Assembly: GCA_051362555.1 (NCBI GenBank)
Contig: CM120643.1
Coordinates: 4,464,001-4,528,000, forward strand
Direction: 5' to 3'
DNA: 64,000 nucleotides
Source: Lingula anatina
Lineage: Eukaryota > Animalia > Brachiopoda
The notes beneath the pieces were generated by a model. It ran no database searches and was not told where the DNA came from. It was given only the letters and a program-made list of their open reading frames with translations. Shown piece after piece: positions 11,408 through 24,283 of the stretch. Within the stretch, counting starts at the first letter, position 1; each line of letters opens with the position of its first letter. A program made the translations under genes and the position numbers.

Positions 11408-13375
11408 ATGTTTTATTCGGCACTGAGATATGTCTACCGAAGTTGTAGTCGACACAGTTTTGTTGGTAGAACAACTCAGTGTTTGGCACAACCCTCGCGA
11501 TGCCATCAATCGCTGCGATTTACATGTGCCGTCTCTCAACTCGGAAGGCGAAGCCCTCACATGATGTGGGGTTGGACGATGGGGAAAGTTACCACTGGGA
11601 CTGAGCTGTCATATTCTACAAAAAATCCACGGAAAATTGAATATAACGTCATGTTCAGACAAAACCAAGATCGTTTGGAAAGAGAGGCGAAGGAGTACCT
11701 TTTGCAAGATGGAAGGAGCGAAGCGGAGATTATTAGTGATTACGAGAACGGACCTCGTGAAGCTGAAAAAGACCTTGGCGGAGTTCTACCGTATATATAT
11801 GCTGTTAGTCTTAAATGTTTGAGGGATTCGCCAAGATATCAAAACACTCATCTTTTACAAGATGACAGGTTATCATCAGCCCTGCTAACCATCCTCGACA
11901 AAGGTTTGATGGAGGGAAGTGTTCCACGTCAGTTAATCGGATTGTTGTTAGTTGGGGTTTTAATTCAGCCATCTCCAGAAATCCTTCAGTTTTATAAGGA
12001 ACTGGAGAGACACATGTCACAGGTATGGTCCGAATGGCATGTTAAGTCTAGGATAGAGGCCTGCCACGGCTGGTTACATCTGTCTGTACTACACAAGCAG
12101 AAGTACTTTGAAGAGCAGATAAGGATTTTCTTGATGGCTGGGACAAAGCTAGAGAGGAAAGAACTTGGAGGCAAAGAAATTCACTGGCTTGTTAGTGTTC
12201 TACAATCTGCAATATACTATTCTTGTGAACTGGGTGGAAAATGGGTAGATGCAAATGATGTAAGACATTTTTTACAGGAGCTGAAATTCAACAGTGAATT
12301 CTCTGAGTCGAGAGAAGTGTACAGGTATGTCCAACTCTGCCATAATGTTGAATATTTGGTTCCCTCTGACATTTTATGGAAGGGGTTGGAGATTCTGCTT
12401 TGTGATGGAACTGAAGAATACAAGAGACGTGCATTTCTGTGCATTAAGTGGATGTTGGGCTTAGCCCAAAAACAGAAGTTGAATAAAGGTTTCATGGATG
12501 TACAATATGTTACAGAACTTGCTGAGATATTTAAGAAGCATGCATCCTTGTTGCCATTGAGACATCAAATTGGTATTACATGGCATTTTAGTATCATGTA
12601 TTATTCTGATCATGAAATGCTGTTGAAAGTTGCTGAGAACTTTGTGGCTAATGCACAAGATATCGATGGGGAGGATGGTTATAGATTAGTTCATGCTTAC
12701 CTACGAATGGATTGCAGTACAAATATTGCTTTTTTAAAAAAAGTAGTTGATTTAGTGCAAAACCAAGGGAGAAATATTCCCCCTTCCAAATTGCTTTCCA
12801 TTTCTTGTGATTTGATGCGCCATCATGGCTATTATGAAGTCTTCAGTGGAATACTTGATAGTTGTTTCCAGTCTGGTCTGATGAAGGAGGAATCATTAAA
12901 TGTTATGAAGCCAAGAGGGTGTATAAAGATTGTGGAGTTGTGTGGAAGGTTAGAAATAGAGCAAATTGACAAGTATGTTAAGAAGATTCCACCAAGCCTT
13001 TACAAAGCAGATGGCATTCAATACTGTGTGGAGAAATTGAAAAATATATGTCAGCATTTCTCAAAGAAGGCTGTTTTAGCAGCTGTACAGATAATTCTTG
13101 GTGGTCCCCACATGGCAAGAGTCATCCCAGTACTTCCCATATATCGTCCTATTGTGGAGTTCTGTTTGAATGAATTGAATGAGCCTGTAGACATGAAGCT
13201 GGTGCCCAGAGGCTTTGTTGAAAATGGATTCCTCCAAATGGAAAACATGTCTGCCTTGCCAGAAAGATGGAGAAGAATAGCAGTGTGGATTCTTCATGAT
13301 GAAGATTTCTTAATCAACAAGCCAATGTTAACTGGTGAGTTAAAAATGTGGTTGTTGTATGTAGAGACGGCTTAA
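11408..13375 (+). CDS. FASTKD5: FAST kinase domain-containing mitochondrial protein (FASTKD5-like), 655 aa, single exon, degenerate C-terminal RAP domain
   Basis: Long uninterrupted ORF. The N-terminus is rich in Arg/Ser and lacks acidic residues, like a transit peptide; the body is helical and Leu-rich. C-terminal LGGPHMARVIPVLPIYRPIVEFCLNELNEPV and RRIAVWILHDEDFLINKPMLTGELKM resemble FASTKD5 LGGPQYVKHHMILP..DLEVQLD and KLAVQFTNRNQY..LLGLHNMK. Confidence 0.75.
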   Translation: MFYSALRYVYRSCSRHSFVGRTTQCLAQPSRCHQSLRFTCAVSQLGRRSPHMMWGWTMGKVTTGTELSYSTKNPRKIEYNVMFRQNQDRLEREAKEYLLQDGRSEAEIISDYENGPREAEKDLGGVLPYIYAVSLKCLRDSPRYQNTHLLQDDRLSSALLTILDKGLMEGSVPRQLIGLLLVGVLIQPSPEILQFYKELERHMSQVWSEWHVKSRIEACHGWLHLSVLHKQKYFEEQIRIFLMAGTKLERKELGGKEIHWLVSVLQSAIYYSCELGGKWVDANDVRHFLQELKFNSEFSESREVYRYVQLCHNVEYLVPSDILWKGLEILLCDGTEEYKRRAFLCIKWMLGLAQKQKLNKGFMDVQYVTELAEIFKKHASLLPLRHQIGITWHFSIMYYSDHEMLLKVAENFVANAQDIDGEDGYRLVHAYLRMDCSTNIAFLKKVVDLVQNQGRNIPPSKLLSISCDLMRHHGYYEVFSGILDSCFQSGLMKEESLNVMKPRGCIKIVELCGRLEIEQIDKYVKKIPPSLYKADGIQYCVEKLKNICQHFSKKAVLAAVQIILGGPHMARVIPVLPIYRPIVEFCLNELNEPVDMKLVPRGFVENGFLQMENMSALPERWRRIAVWILHDEDFLINKPMLTGELKMWLLYVETA

Positions 13376-13892
13376 GTAAGCCCATCCTGCTGCCATGAGC
13401 AGCTTTTGGTTATAACTAACACAAGCTTGACTTCAGTGTATTGAGCCTATTTCTTCTATATACTTGCTGTTTACCCACTGAGGGCCAGCTTATATCTAGC
13501 CATAACAACAATGGGGTACTGGGAATAACAATAGGGTACAAAGGACAACAATGATGTATCAATAGAGAGTAATGTCTTGACAACTGACGCTTGTATAGTA
13601 CACTTCTCATATAAATTCAACATATGTAAGTATCAAACTGTGCACCTGCCTTGTTGTTTTCAATAAGCATTTATCAGTAATACCTAAAGATGTTATTTGA
13701 CTATGGCTATGTACCCTTTTTTCTTTTTTTTGTGAAATTTGAGTACTTTCTCTCTGTATGTACATGTCAAATAATAAGTACTAAACTCTTCCTCACTGAA
13801 TCACAGCATGTAACTGTGGTATATATTTCCCAGGTAACAGTGTATTATCTCACACCTTAACAGAGGTGATCTAAATTTGAATGGGTTATTAT

Positions 13893-13923
<31 letters not shown>

Positions 13924-14659
13924 GTGTTAAAGTTTTGACATGAACAGGTTTTCTTTGTGTAAATATTAATTTTTCAGTGCATTCAGGCACACATTTCCTC
14001 TCAGTAAGACATTGAAATATGTTTTATGTTAACATTGATTTGGTTTTCTTTATTCACCAGGTGTAGCAAAGGCAAACAAACACTTCCTATATCAAGCAGG
14101 ATACAGAGAGGTTCTAGAGGTGCCTTTTTTTATGGTGAAAGAGAAATCTGCAAGTTTGCACAAGTTTTTGAAGGAGGAATTGGAAAAAATCCCTCACATA
14201 AGGTAAGGAAGTAACACTATAATTTTTCTGAACAGAGTAATTCTTTAAAAATATTGTGAAAGAGGTAGACATAACACTTTGTGATAGAATCTTATTGCTA
14301 TTTGTACTTTTCCTTGTTTGGGGGGGGGGGGGTGCTGCTTGCTGCCTGTTTTGCGCAAAGTAAAATTTTTTGGCATAACTAAGATAAGAATACAGAAATT
14401 AATAACTGACAATAAAAGTCATCCTTGTTTTGAGATCTGGGCCTTAAAACTATTTACCCAAAATTGTTCTATAAATTGAGTTTACTTCATCATCACTGGG
14501 TGCCATCCACTCATAGCAGGTTGGCTGTCATGGATCACCACATCTCTCAAATACTTGAACTATACTTTTTTTGACCTGTTTATTCTTTTATGTTGTCCAT
14601 GTGTGTTGTTCTTGGTCTTCTTTTCAAACATTTCTTATTTACTAGTAGCTTTCTTACCA

Positions 14660-15300
14660 GTAGCAATTGTTGCAAATGATCCTTTTGATGTCAAACCGGC
14701 CAAAATTTTGTAAAAATGAGAATTTTCTTCAAAAAAAAATTGTTTGTGCATTTTTTTCAGAAACTACACAGACCTAAGCTTTCATATTATAATGAAGAGT
14801 TACTCTTACTGTCTCCTTTCATCTTCTTAAGTTTGAGGTCAATCGGTGCATTTCCATGGGAGAAGCAGTCATTTGGTGCCAAAACTGAAAACTCTCTTAC
14901 ACCTACTTCTTTTGGAACTGTAAATGCTAGGGACGTCTTGTTTATTGCATTTTGTAGAGCTTGTCAAGCCCAAAACTGGAAGTGTTGTCAGTTTTTATGT
15001 ACAGACACATTGACCTCTTCGAACTGATGAATATTCATAAAATGCAGGTTGAATTAAAAAATCAGCATGATCTAACCATTTTTTTCTGTACAGATACAGA
15101 TGTGTCTGTACATATAGCCTTTGCTTTTGCTGCTGTCGTCATCGTCGTGCACTTTCATTATTATATAACAGTAAACTAATATGAAAACTGTTTTACCTTT
15201 TATCTTTTAGCTCATAGAACTGATGAATATTCATAAAAACACAAGTGAAATGCAAAAATCAGCCTGATCAGACCATTTTTCAAAAAGTTATGCTGTTTTT
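14660..15300. mobile_element. Helentron-associated (DINE-1/HINE-like) non-autonomous repeat fragments
   Basis: TACAGA..GATGTGTCTGTA hairpin, GTC-rich short repeats and internal units (GATGAATATTCATAAA..AAAAATCAGCATGAT) shared with 16750-17535. Confidence 0.45.
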
Positions 15301-15324
15301 TTTTTTTTTTTCAGGTAGGTGATT

Positions 15325-16670
15325 ATGAATTGCGCCAATGTTCCTAATGTTATATACTTCTGACTTGCATATGCTAGCAATTTGCTTATTCATAGAAAGT
15401 GTTTCTATCTAAAATCACTAGATCTGAAAGATTCTTAGCATGGGGCGTTGGCTTTATGATACTGGATCCAATTTTGAGTTCAATTTTTTCTGATATTTTC
15501 TGATTATGTGGCTGGGTTATAACTAAAAGTTCAGATATTCCATCATTGATTTTCAACTTATTTCTTATCAACCACTCTCGTAGATCATCAATATACATAG
15601 ACAGCTTTTCATTAGGATTTTCTACTTAACAGCATGTAAAATTTGTGTATCATCAGGATAGATGTGATAGCTAGTGGTGTGATGTCTCAATATGGCCCCA
15701 ATGGGTAATGTATACATACAAAAAGCTAGAGGTCCAAGAACACTACCTTGAGGTACACCAAAAGCGAACTCTGACACATTTCACAATATTCCATTAATTA
15801 AAACCTGTTGTGCGCAACCTGTAAGATAAGAGTGTAAAAGACTAAGTGCAGAGTCCCTGATACCAACATAATCTTCGAGAAAAGATAAAAGTATTTCATG
15901 ATCGACTGTGTCAAAAGCTGCAGATACATCTAATAAGACTAAAATAATCATTGAGTGTTCATCGACTCCACACAGGAGATCACTATTTATTCTTAGCAAT
16001 GCTGATTCAGTACCATGTCTGGTCTTGTATTTAGATTGCATTGGTTCTGTGAGAATATTTTTTTCTAAATGTCGATACCAGTCTTGCAGCAATGACCCTT
16101 TCAATGGTTTTTGATAGAAATGAGAGGTTAGACCCCATTCCCATAGATACTAGTATTTAGATCTATCTATCCCCCTGGGGAGTCTCACTAGATTGGTGTC
16201 AGCTTAACCGGCTTAAATGTCTGTCCCGCCTACTAAAAGCTGTAAGGAGGTGATTTACTATGGTGCTCGCTCGGCTGACAGCAATTTAGCATGAACCCCC
16301 CAGGGAGTTAGGTTGATCCATATGGATCGATCCAAATCTCTGGGAATGCACTCTTAGACACAGGTCTGTAATTTCCAAATGTATCAGTGTCTAGAGATGT
16401 TTTTTTTTAGTAAAGGTGGAACCACAGCTTTTTTGAGTTGATCAGGGAAAGAACTAGGTGCATAACTAGTGTTGATGATGTGTGTTATCAGGTTGATGAC
16501 AGCATGGAGTATCTGAACCATAAGCGCTGTCGACATTGGATCAAGCATGTATGACATCTTCTTAGATTTGTTAATTATTTCTGTTACTTCATCTGTAGAT
16601 GCTTCTTGGTAGGGATGAAAGGGTTGATATGGACTCTGGCAGCAGATCAGATAACAGGATCAGATTCAAT
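15325..16670 (-). mobile_element. degraded L2/CR1-group LINE reverse transcriptase
   Basis: Motifs [50 protein letters not shown] and WLIRNKLKIN occur in order, with stops and frameshifts. Confidence 0.9.
16131..16353. mobile_element. PIF/Harbinger-like MITE nested in the LINE
   Basis: TIRs match at 14/18 positions (GACCCCATTCCCATAGAT vs GAGTGCATTCCCAGAGAT); TTA is duplicated; removal restores NYRPVSNLSFLSK. Confidence 0.75.
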
Positions 16671-16749
16671 CTCTCACTTTGTTCAGAATCTCAGAATAGA
16701 GCGAATTGGAAATTTAAAATTGCTCTATTGATAATTTTGTTGTCATAGC

Positions 16750-17535
16750 AATTTTTATTTACAGACAGATGTGTCTGTACATATAGCCATCACATGTGTC
16801 TGTCATTGCCATCATCGCTATGTACTTTCACCATTAACACAATAAGTGGAAAGCCATTTTACCTTTTCGCTTGAAACTCACAGAACCGATGAATATTCAT
16901 AAAACACACGTCAAGCTAAAAAATCAGCATGAAAGCACCCTTTCTTGAAAAGTTTTATTCACTTTTTTAGCATATATGCAACACCTATAACATGAGTGGA
17001 AAATCTTTTTACCTTTTAGTGTGAAACTTACAGACTAATGAATATTTATATAATGTAGGCTGAGTTCAAAAATCAGCATGATCAGTCCATTATTTCAGAA
17101 GTTATACTGTAATTTTTCAGCATATATGCAACACTGATAACACAATTCAAGAAAAACCGATAAGCCTATTGTCTTGCAAATCTCTGGATTAATCAATCTT
17201 ACCAAAATACAGGTCGAGTCCGAAAATCAGCATGATCAGTCCATTATTTCAGAAGTTATACTGTAATTTTTCAGCATGTATGCAACACTGATAACACAAT
17301 TCAAGAAAATTCGATAAGCCTATTGTCTTGCAAATCTCTGGCTTAATCAGTCTTACTAAAATACAGGTTGAGTCTGAAAATCAGCATGATTGGTTCAGTT
17401 TTGATGAAGTTATGCCTTTTTTGTATATAAGTGGCTTTTCCTCAGATTTGATTCTTAGGCATGTTAACAGTCTCATTAATGGCTTAATTAGACATGTTAA
17501 AGTATTCTTTTGACATTTTCTGCATCTTAACATTG
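16750..17535 (+). mobile_element. Helentron-like (HINE) element with ~154-bp internal tandem units
   Basis: 5' hairpin TACAGACA-GATG-TGTCTGTA; units at about 17071, 17225 and 17379. Flanks join as AGCAATTTTGTTAGTTG in a paralogous empty site at about 17708, with no evident TSD. Confidence 0.55.
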
Positions 17536-19099
17536 TTAGTTGATTTTATAAAAATGATGTTAAACCTGTTACTGTGTATTGTGTTAAAAATGGAAATAAA
17601 CTCATGTCATTGCAGTTTGTCAAATTCCATCATTCACTACGTTCAGAATCTCAGAATAGATTAAATATTACATTTTAAATTGTTCTATTGATATTTTTCC
17701 TATCTAAGCAATTTTGTTAGTTGTTCATATAAAAATGACAGTAAATTGATTATTTTGTCTTATGTAAAAAAGTGTTGAAAATGGAAAGAAACTTATTTCA
17801 GTATACACTTGTCCCTGGTGTACATATTAGCATTTTCAAGGTGTGACTTAGAAATTTTATGGGCCTGAAGACCTTTGCTTGTGACATTTTCTAAATATCC
17901 ATGTTTCCTGCAGTGCATAGTTTAAGATTGGTGGTGACTATGCTGTTAAGCATTATGTAATATTGCATCAAAATTGAAGAAAATCCTATTTTTGGGCACT
18001 GCCGCCATGGTGACCATTAAAGGAAAACCATGTCACTTGCTCTTCTCAAACTTAGTCAGACATGCTGTAAACTTTTCAGAATAGCCGGACATTCGGACTG
18101 GCAGTAATGAAAAATTTGCCAAACCTATTGGTTTTTTGCCAGACCAAAAATTTTCATTAAATTTGGTGGCATTTCATTCAGTCACATAGAAGTAACTGTT
18201 GTACATATATATTCAGTATAAATACTATCAATAATTTTACTGTAGATATGTTGTATATTTAAAAAACAAAATCTGACACTTTTGAAGCACTGCTGTATTG
18301 TGGTTCTAATTTCACCAGTTCCAGGGTTCATATAGGCCTTAAGAAGTGCTTGAATTTTGTTTCTTTTCAAAGTCCTTAAATTTCACACTTTGCCCTTTAA
18401 TTAAAACGTACCATTGAATCATTTCAATTTTGAATGTAGTTGTTTGAAAATGAAATGGAAAAAAATCATTTCCACTGTTCAACAATAGCATTATTTAGCG
18501 TTTATCATCCATGCAAGTTTGCAAATAACTAAATCAGTTTTTCCTTTTCTTGAGTTCATCGACAAAAAGCATTTGCTAGTTTGAAAGTACACAAATAGAC
18601 CCTTTTCATCTTCTCCATGTTGGAAATTGCATTGTGGGAAAGTGAGTCCTTGCTATGTCGAAATACTTACAGCGGTGCTGAAAACCATGCCTGGGTTTGC
18701 GTGCTGTGTCCCCCCGCTGCTACAATAACAGTAAGCAAGATTGACACATGAGTAATGAAACCCATTAGAGTGAAAAATATGGGTAGATCAACAGTGTTTA
18801 AATAAAAACCAGAAAAGTTTAGTTAATCAACAGATCTAATGAAGTATTGGCAAATAGAACTCGGGAGGGGGGGGGGGGGAGAACAATGCGTGAAAAAAAT
18901 ACCTTAAAAAGAAAAAATTAAAGAATAAAAAGAAAGAAAAGACTTTAAGCATGAAGTTATGGAAAAAGAAACTAAAAACTGTTAAGATTTACACAGGGTT
19001 TTCTACTTGCAAAGAATTCAAGAACTTCCACCACTCCTTGTGTCTGGTCATTTATTACTGATGTGTACAAATGGGCTCAAATTAACAAGATTGATAGAG

Positions 19100-19260
19100 A
19101 CATACGAAGAAGAAAGTACATCAGCCCAGAACTCTTGTTGAACGCGTTATCAGCAAAATAAAACGTTATGTATATCTGAACTCAATAACAAGTGAATTGG
19201 AAAATGTATGGGTCATATATTGTTATTTAGAAAATGCAGAAAAGCCTTTCTGTAAGCTAC
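19100..19260 (+). mobile_element. Harbinger/ISL2EU (DDE_Tnp_4-like) transposase C-terminal remnant
   Basis: Translates as RTLVERVISKIKRYVYLNSI ... ICYLENAEKPF, resembling the ARIHVERVIGRIK motif. Confidence 0.45.
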
Positions 19261-22200
19261 ACTTACTGTATCAGTCTCTTCTTCATGGAAATGAATGGCG
19301 TCCTGGTCAAGACTCGGTGATATCAAAATCTAAAATGATGATATCAAAACTGTAACTGGTAATGACATCTTCCCTTAGTGTATTCAACCCATAAATGCTG
19401 ATTGGAAGAAGCAACCAAACTTTAAAACTGTCTTTACATAAATGTCTTTACAGCGATATGTGACTGGCTGAATATAAACAGAAGTACCCATAAGACTTAT
19501 AAATATTACAATTACCACTGATTACATTGGGAAATCAAACTGAGTAAATCAGGTGACCCCATTTCTATGCTAACAATGTTATTTAAAAAATTAATAAAAA
19601 TAATGAAATAATAATAATAATAGTAATTTTTTTAAAGAAATAACTAAATAAAAGGATGTCTGCATACCTTTTAAGGTCAGGTGTCTCTATCCTGGCCTTC
19701 TGTACAAATAACTATTCTTGAGAAAGGAGTCGGGTGTCAAAGTTTATCAGTAAACATTTGCCTTGCTGTGTTAACATGTGCTCGGCAGCATGGACCACTC
19801 TTGTAATAGCTGTCTGTGTGTCACAATCAATAGACCAATGACGGAGTGCTTAATATCCATAGGGAATTACTCTATTCGTTTGAGACAGATACTATGATTG
19901 GCTAGCTTACTTTGTCTGTGAATGTTATCATTTTTTATTTTTTTCCTGATAAGTAAATGGAGGGGGTGGGGGGAGAAAACGCTGTGGGTTTTATATAATT
20001 TTATTAGTGAAGTATGTCAAATGATGACTGTAAATTCAAAATGGTGGCACTTAAAACTCTTGCTGGTCCTCTGGACCGCCAGAGTTCAATTTTTTACCGA
20101 TCCAGACAAATTTTGCCAGTCATTACTGATCGAACCTACAGTTTCAGCATGTCTGAACTTATAGGAAAGAAACGGGACTTAAATACAGCTTTAGCTGGAA
20201 AGCAAGTCTTATCGGTTGATTTTTCTGGCCATTAAATGAGATTACATAAAACACATGTTGGGATTTCCCTGTAAACTCCCATATGTTTAGCTCTCTGCCA
20301 GATTCAGTTTGCAAAAGTCTAAAATTAACAGTGTCACATATATTAGGAATCAGTGATAATTATGCAGGTAAATGTAACTTAACATTGCAAATAATTTTAC
20401 AAAAGAAAAAAATTATTTTGTGTAATGCTAAAGATGAATAACAGTGCCTTATTATCCTCATACTCACTTATTCATATCGTGTTAATATAACTAGATTAAA
20501 AGTTTGAATAGCAGCTTTATTGGAATATTTTTGTTATGTTTAGTTTTATTTATTTTTTTTCCAAACACTGGAATCTTCAAGATGTGACTTTTAACTCCCA
20601 TCCACCTGAAGCTCTGTACATTTTCTGTATTTCCACATAAGCAATAATATTGGTGTTTATGTCTTTAAGCATAATATATAATATTATTGTATGCACTGTC
20701 ATCATTTTTCACATATTGGGATTTTCATTATGTGAATTTAAACTCTCATGATCCTGAAACTATAATCTTATTGACCATGTTACCTGTTGTGCATGATTAA
20801 ATTTTAGTGTTGATTGACTGTGCTGTTGTAAGCATTATTTATTATTGCATCAAAATTGATAAAATGACCTATTTTCTGTATATTCATTTTCTGCATTTTG
20901 TCTGTACATTTGACAGCTTTGCTGCCTAGTTTATTAACATAGCTGTAGTGTGTCATTGTGAAGTATTGAAGTTTTTCATTTGCTTTTTTACAGGTTACCT
21001 AATAAGTAGGATACCTTTGGAGTGCTTCCTGGCAGCATTGAAGAGGATTGGATAACTCTCCACTGACATAAAAAAAGAAAGGAGCCAATGAATGTTGAAC
21101 AATAATCTGAAACCAAGTTCACAAGCTGTAAACTAGGCCTTTTTATTCGTGGTCTTGGTAGCAATATAAAAAAGGACATATCATATTGTGCATATGACAT
21201 TGCGTGGTTGAAAATCTTCACATGTGACTTTAAAAAATAATGAATTCTGTTTTCTTATATTGTCTTTGAGCACTGACATAGTGACTGACATTTGGTGTGA
21301 AGACAGTGTTAAAGCTACAGTATTGGGGCACATTAAGATTGTTTAAGGGGTGTGCAGGGGTGTCTTAATCACCCCCTTCCAGGTTGGTCCTGTAATCACA
21401 GTAATATGGAAATTGAAAATGAGGCAAATGCTTGCAGAAGGGAAAATGTTTATGGTGAATTATGTTGAATGTTCTGATGTTAGATTTGTTATTTCACTAA
21501 TTGAATTGTTAGAGGTGTAAAGCATTGTACATATTTTTATGTTGTCTGGAAATAAAAAGATGTTAAAAATATTATTAGAAATATTTCATTCCATCACAGT
21601 AAATGATGACTGCCATGTTCCAAATAGTAAACCTAAAGATGTACTAAGAAAATGAAAGGACCCAAATTGAATAAAGTGTGAAATGTGTTACAAATAGTCA
21701 AAACTGAACAAACTTTTGCAGATTAATGTGATTCCGGAGGAGATGAAGGTCCTGGAATCAAGATGAAGACAAATAACTTACTTAAGCGTTCGTCGTGCTT
21801 ACATTTTTCTTTGTATCTTCTGATGTCAGAATGCCACTCCGTAGAGAGAAAGAGAGAGAGAGACGCTATTTCTACATTAACATTACAATGTAAATGCGCA
21901 TAAAGGTTTCTTCTTGTGAAAAATGTATTTTTTGCATAATCTGTTGATGTTATATTGTTTTAAGTCTTTATTTGCCTTTCATATCGTTATTCTCCTACTG
22001 GTTATAACAAGATAACAAAGACCAAGATGAATGCACAGTGACTCAATAATATACATAAAAATCATGAATCATCCGAGTTCACGAAAGCGAGATCTGGAGC
22101 ACAGAGAGCCGTCTCCAAGACATACCCCACCCAATCCACAATACCCTGTTTTCAGAATCATATACAGACTCTGCCGCATTTTGAGAGTTCAGAACTGACG

Positions 22201-22892
22201 GTCAAAATCTGGTATTTGAATTTAATTCCTTTAATGCAGAAAACCCGATTATAGCCTTTGATTTGAATAAATAGTAATAAAAAGTACCGAATGAAAATAT
22301 TTCTGGCAATCAAGCTAACATTCGTACCTGCTACTGTATGTCAGTCAGTGAATCAAAATAAATGTAAATATTTTATTTATTTTTAATTATGGTCATTTAA
22401 TTTGCATAAGCACTTGAAATACACGTAAGCTTACACAAAACAAAACGTCTTAATACATGTACGTACACATTATTTGGGCCAAGGAGGGCAGTCTTGGGAA
22501 AGTCTGGTGCATTTCATTTTTTAAATCGATTAAATAAGAAATCTTAAACGAAATTTAATTGTGAAGAACTTAAATTTTGTTTTAACAAACTCACATTTAA
22601 TATGTTTCTTATGTAGAATACACATATCTTAACTACTACTCTGTCAGTTATGAAACCCATCACACACGTATGAGTTGCAGAAGATACAGGTATATCTAAT
22701 AATGTAAATTACAATACCGTACGACATTATACGGAGGTGTAGATTGCCACTGTAAATGAAATTGGTGTCAGTAAATTATTTAAAATACAGAACATATCAC
22801 TCAAACTTGTAGAAAAGTTTCTGAGCATCACGGAAGGATTTATTGGGGAGGGGAGAGGGTGAAGGCCATCGTACAAACTAGACATCTTAGAA

Positions 22893-22962
22893 GCACGCGA
22901 AATTCAATGGAATAATGCGCGTCTGCCATGCGGGCAGTCCGGGTTTGATTCCTAACCGATAC
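22893..22962 (+). pseudogene. tRNA-Gly(GCC)-derived pseudogene or SINE head
   Basis: GCA..TTCAATGGAATAATGCGCGTCTGCCATGCGGGCAGTCCGGGTTTGATTCC is colinear with eukaryotic tRNA-Gly-GCC; stems are broken. Confidence 0.65.
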
Positions 22963-24283
22963 AAAATCTGTTAAACCGACAACTAGTTGGACAAAAATGA
23001 TGTGTATTAATCCTGTCTTTAGATACGTATTCTTTGCATTGGGGAGTTCCCTGGGTAGAATATGGCAGCTATGGACATGTTTCTAAATGAATTACTGGGT
23101 GGCAGGCTTTGTCAGTGAAACGCTGTTCTCTAACAGCTACAAAAAACTTTTGTTGTTTGTTCTAAAAAGTGCTTGTAAAAAAGAAGAACCAGAAACGGAC
23201 CTCTTTCAGGTTGTTTTACTTTTAAGTTCTCAAAAACTGCTTGTTGGCCACCCTAAATGTATGGCTCAATTTTTTGGGGCCCACCCCTAGCTTTTAGTAG
23301 ACAAAAAAAATGTGACCCATCCCTACTGTTTCCGCCCCCCCCCCACCCGTGTGTATTTTATTATCAGTCCCTCAATAAAGATATATAGCAATTACTTTTA
23401 ATAAGCACCTCAATAATAGGAATCGTTGATTCATAATACAAAATATATATATAAGTAATCCAACAGTGTGTAGAGGGTACACGTTGTCTGCCCACTGGAT
23501 AGGACATACATGTAGAACACATTGGAGTAGAGGGAGTTGGGGGGGGGGGGGGGTACTCTCAGGACCTTCTGGCTGTTACTAAATTCATCCCAGGAAGGAG
23601 TCGAGCAATGGTTTATAATAAGAAAAAATCTCGAGGAAAATTTGATTTTGTAGATTCAATAATTTTTTTACTGTTATTAATATTATCAAATGATTTGGTA
23701 TCAAAATATAGAATAATCAAAAATACGACCTTTGAAATCTCTGGTCTGGGCTTCACTAACATTCATTCAACAAGTTAAGCCTGTGGTATGAAATCATTCA
23801 AAATCTGTGAGAAATTGAAAAAAAGTACATGTTGTAATATCATCATGCACAAGAAATTAGAAAAGAGAAAATGTAGGTAGGTAACTATGGAGATATTTAC
23901 ATCATTACCAAAACCACTAAATTTGTTTTAGTTACCTTTGCAAGGAAAACATGCAAACTTTATAACATCTGCTGTGTCTAAATTACTTCTAGCCTTTTGC
24001 TTTTTGTAACTGGTGCCTTTTGTTTAATTTTCACTCTGTATTTAGTTTCCAATTAAGACAATTTTGATTTCTTAACATGCAACATAAACAAATATTCCCG
24101 ATTGAGGTTTATCATAGCAGCTTGGTTGTTCATATATCCCACAGTTTCTGTTTTCTTTTTATCCACAAAGCACTGGTATTGGCAAATGTGTACCTTTTCT
24201 AGTTGGTATTTTTATAGAATGGAAATCTGCTATTATCTTGTTTTAAAATAGTAGAATTGAGTTGTTTTTTTCTTTATTTTCAG

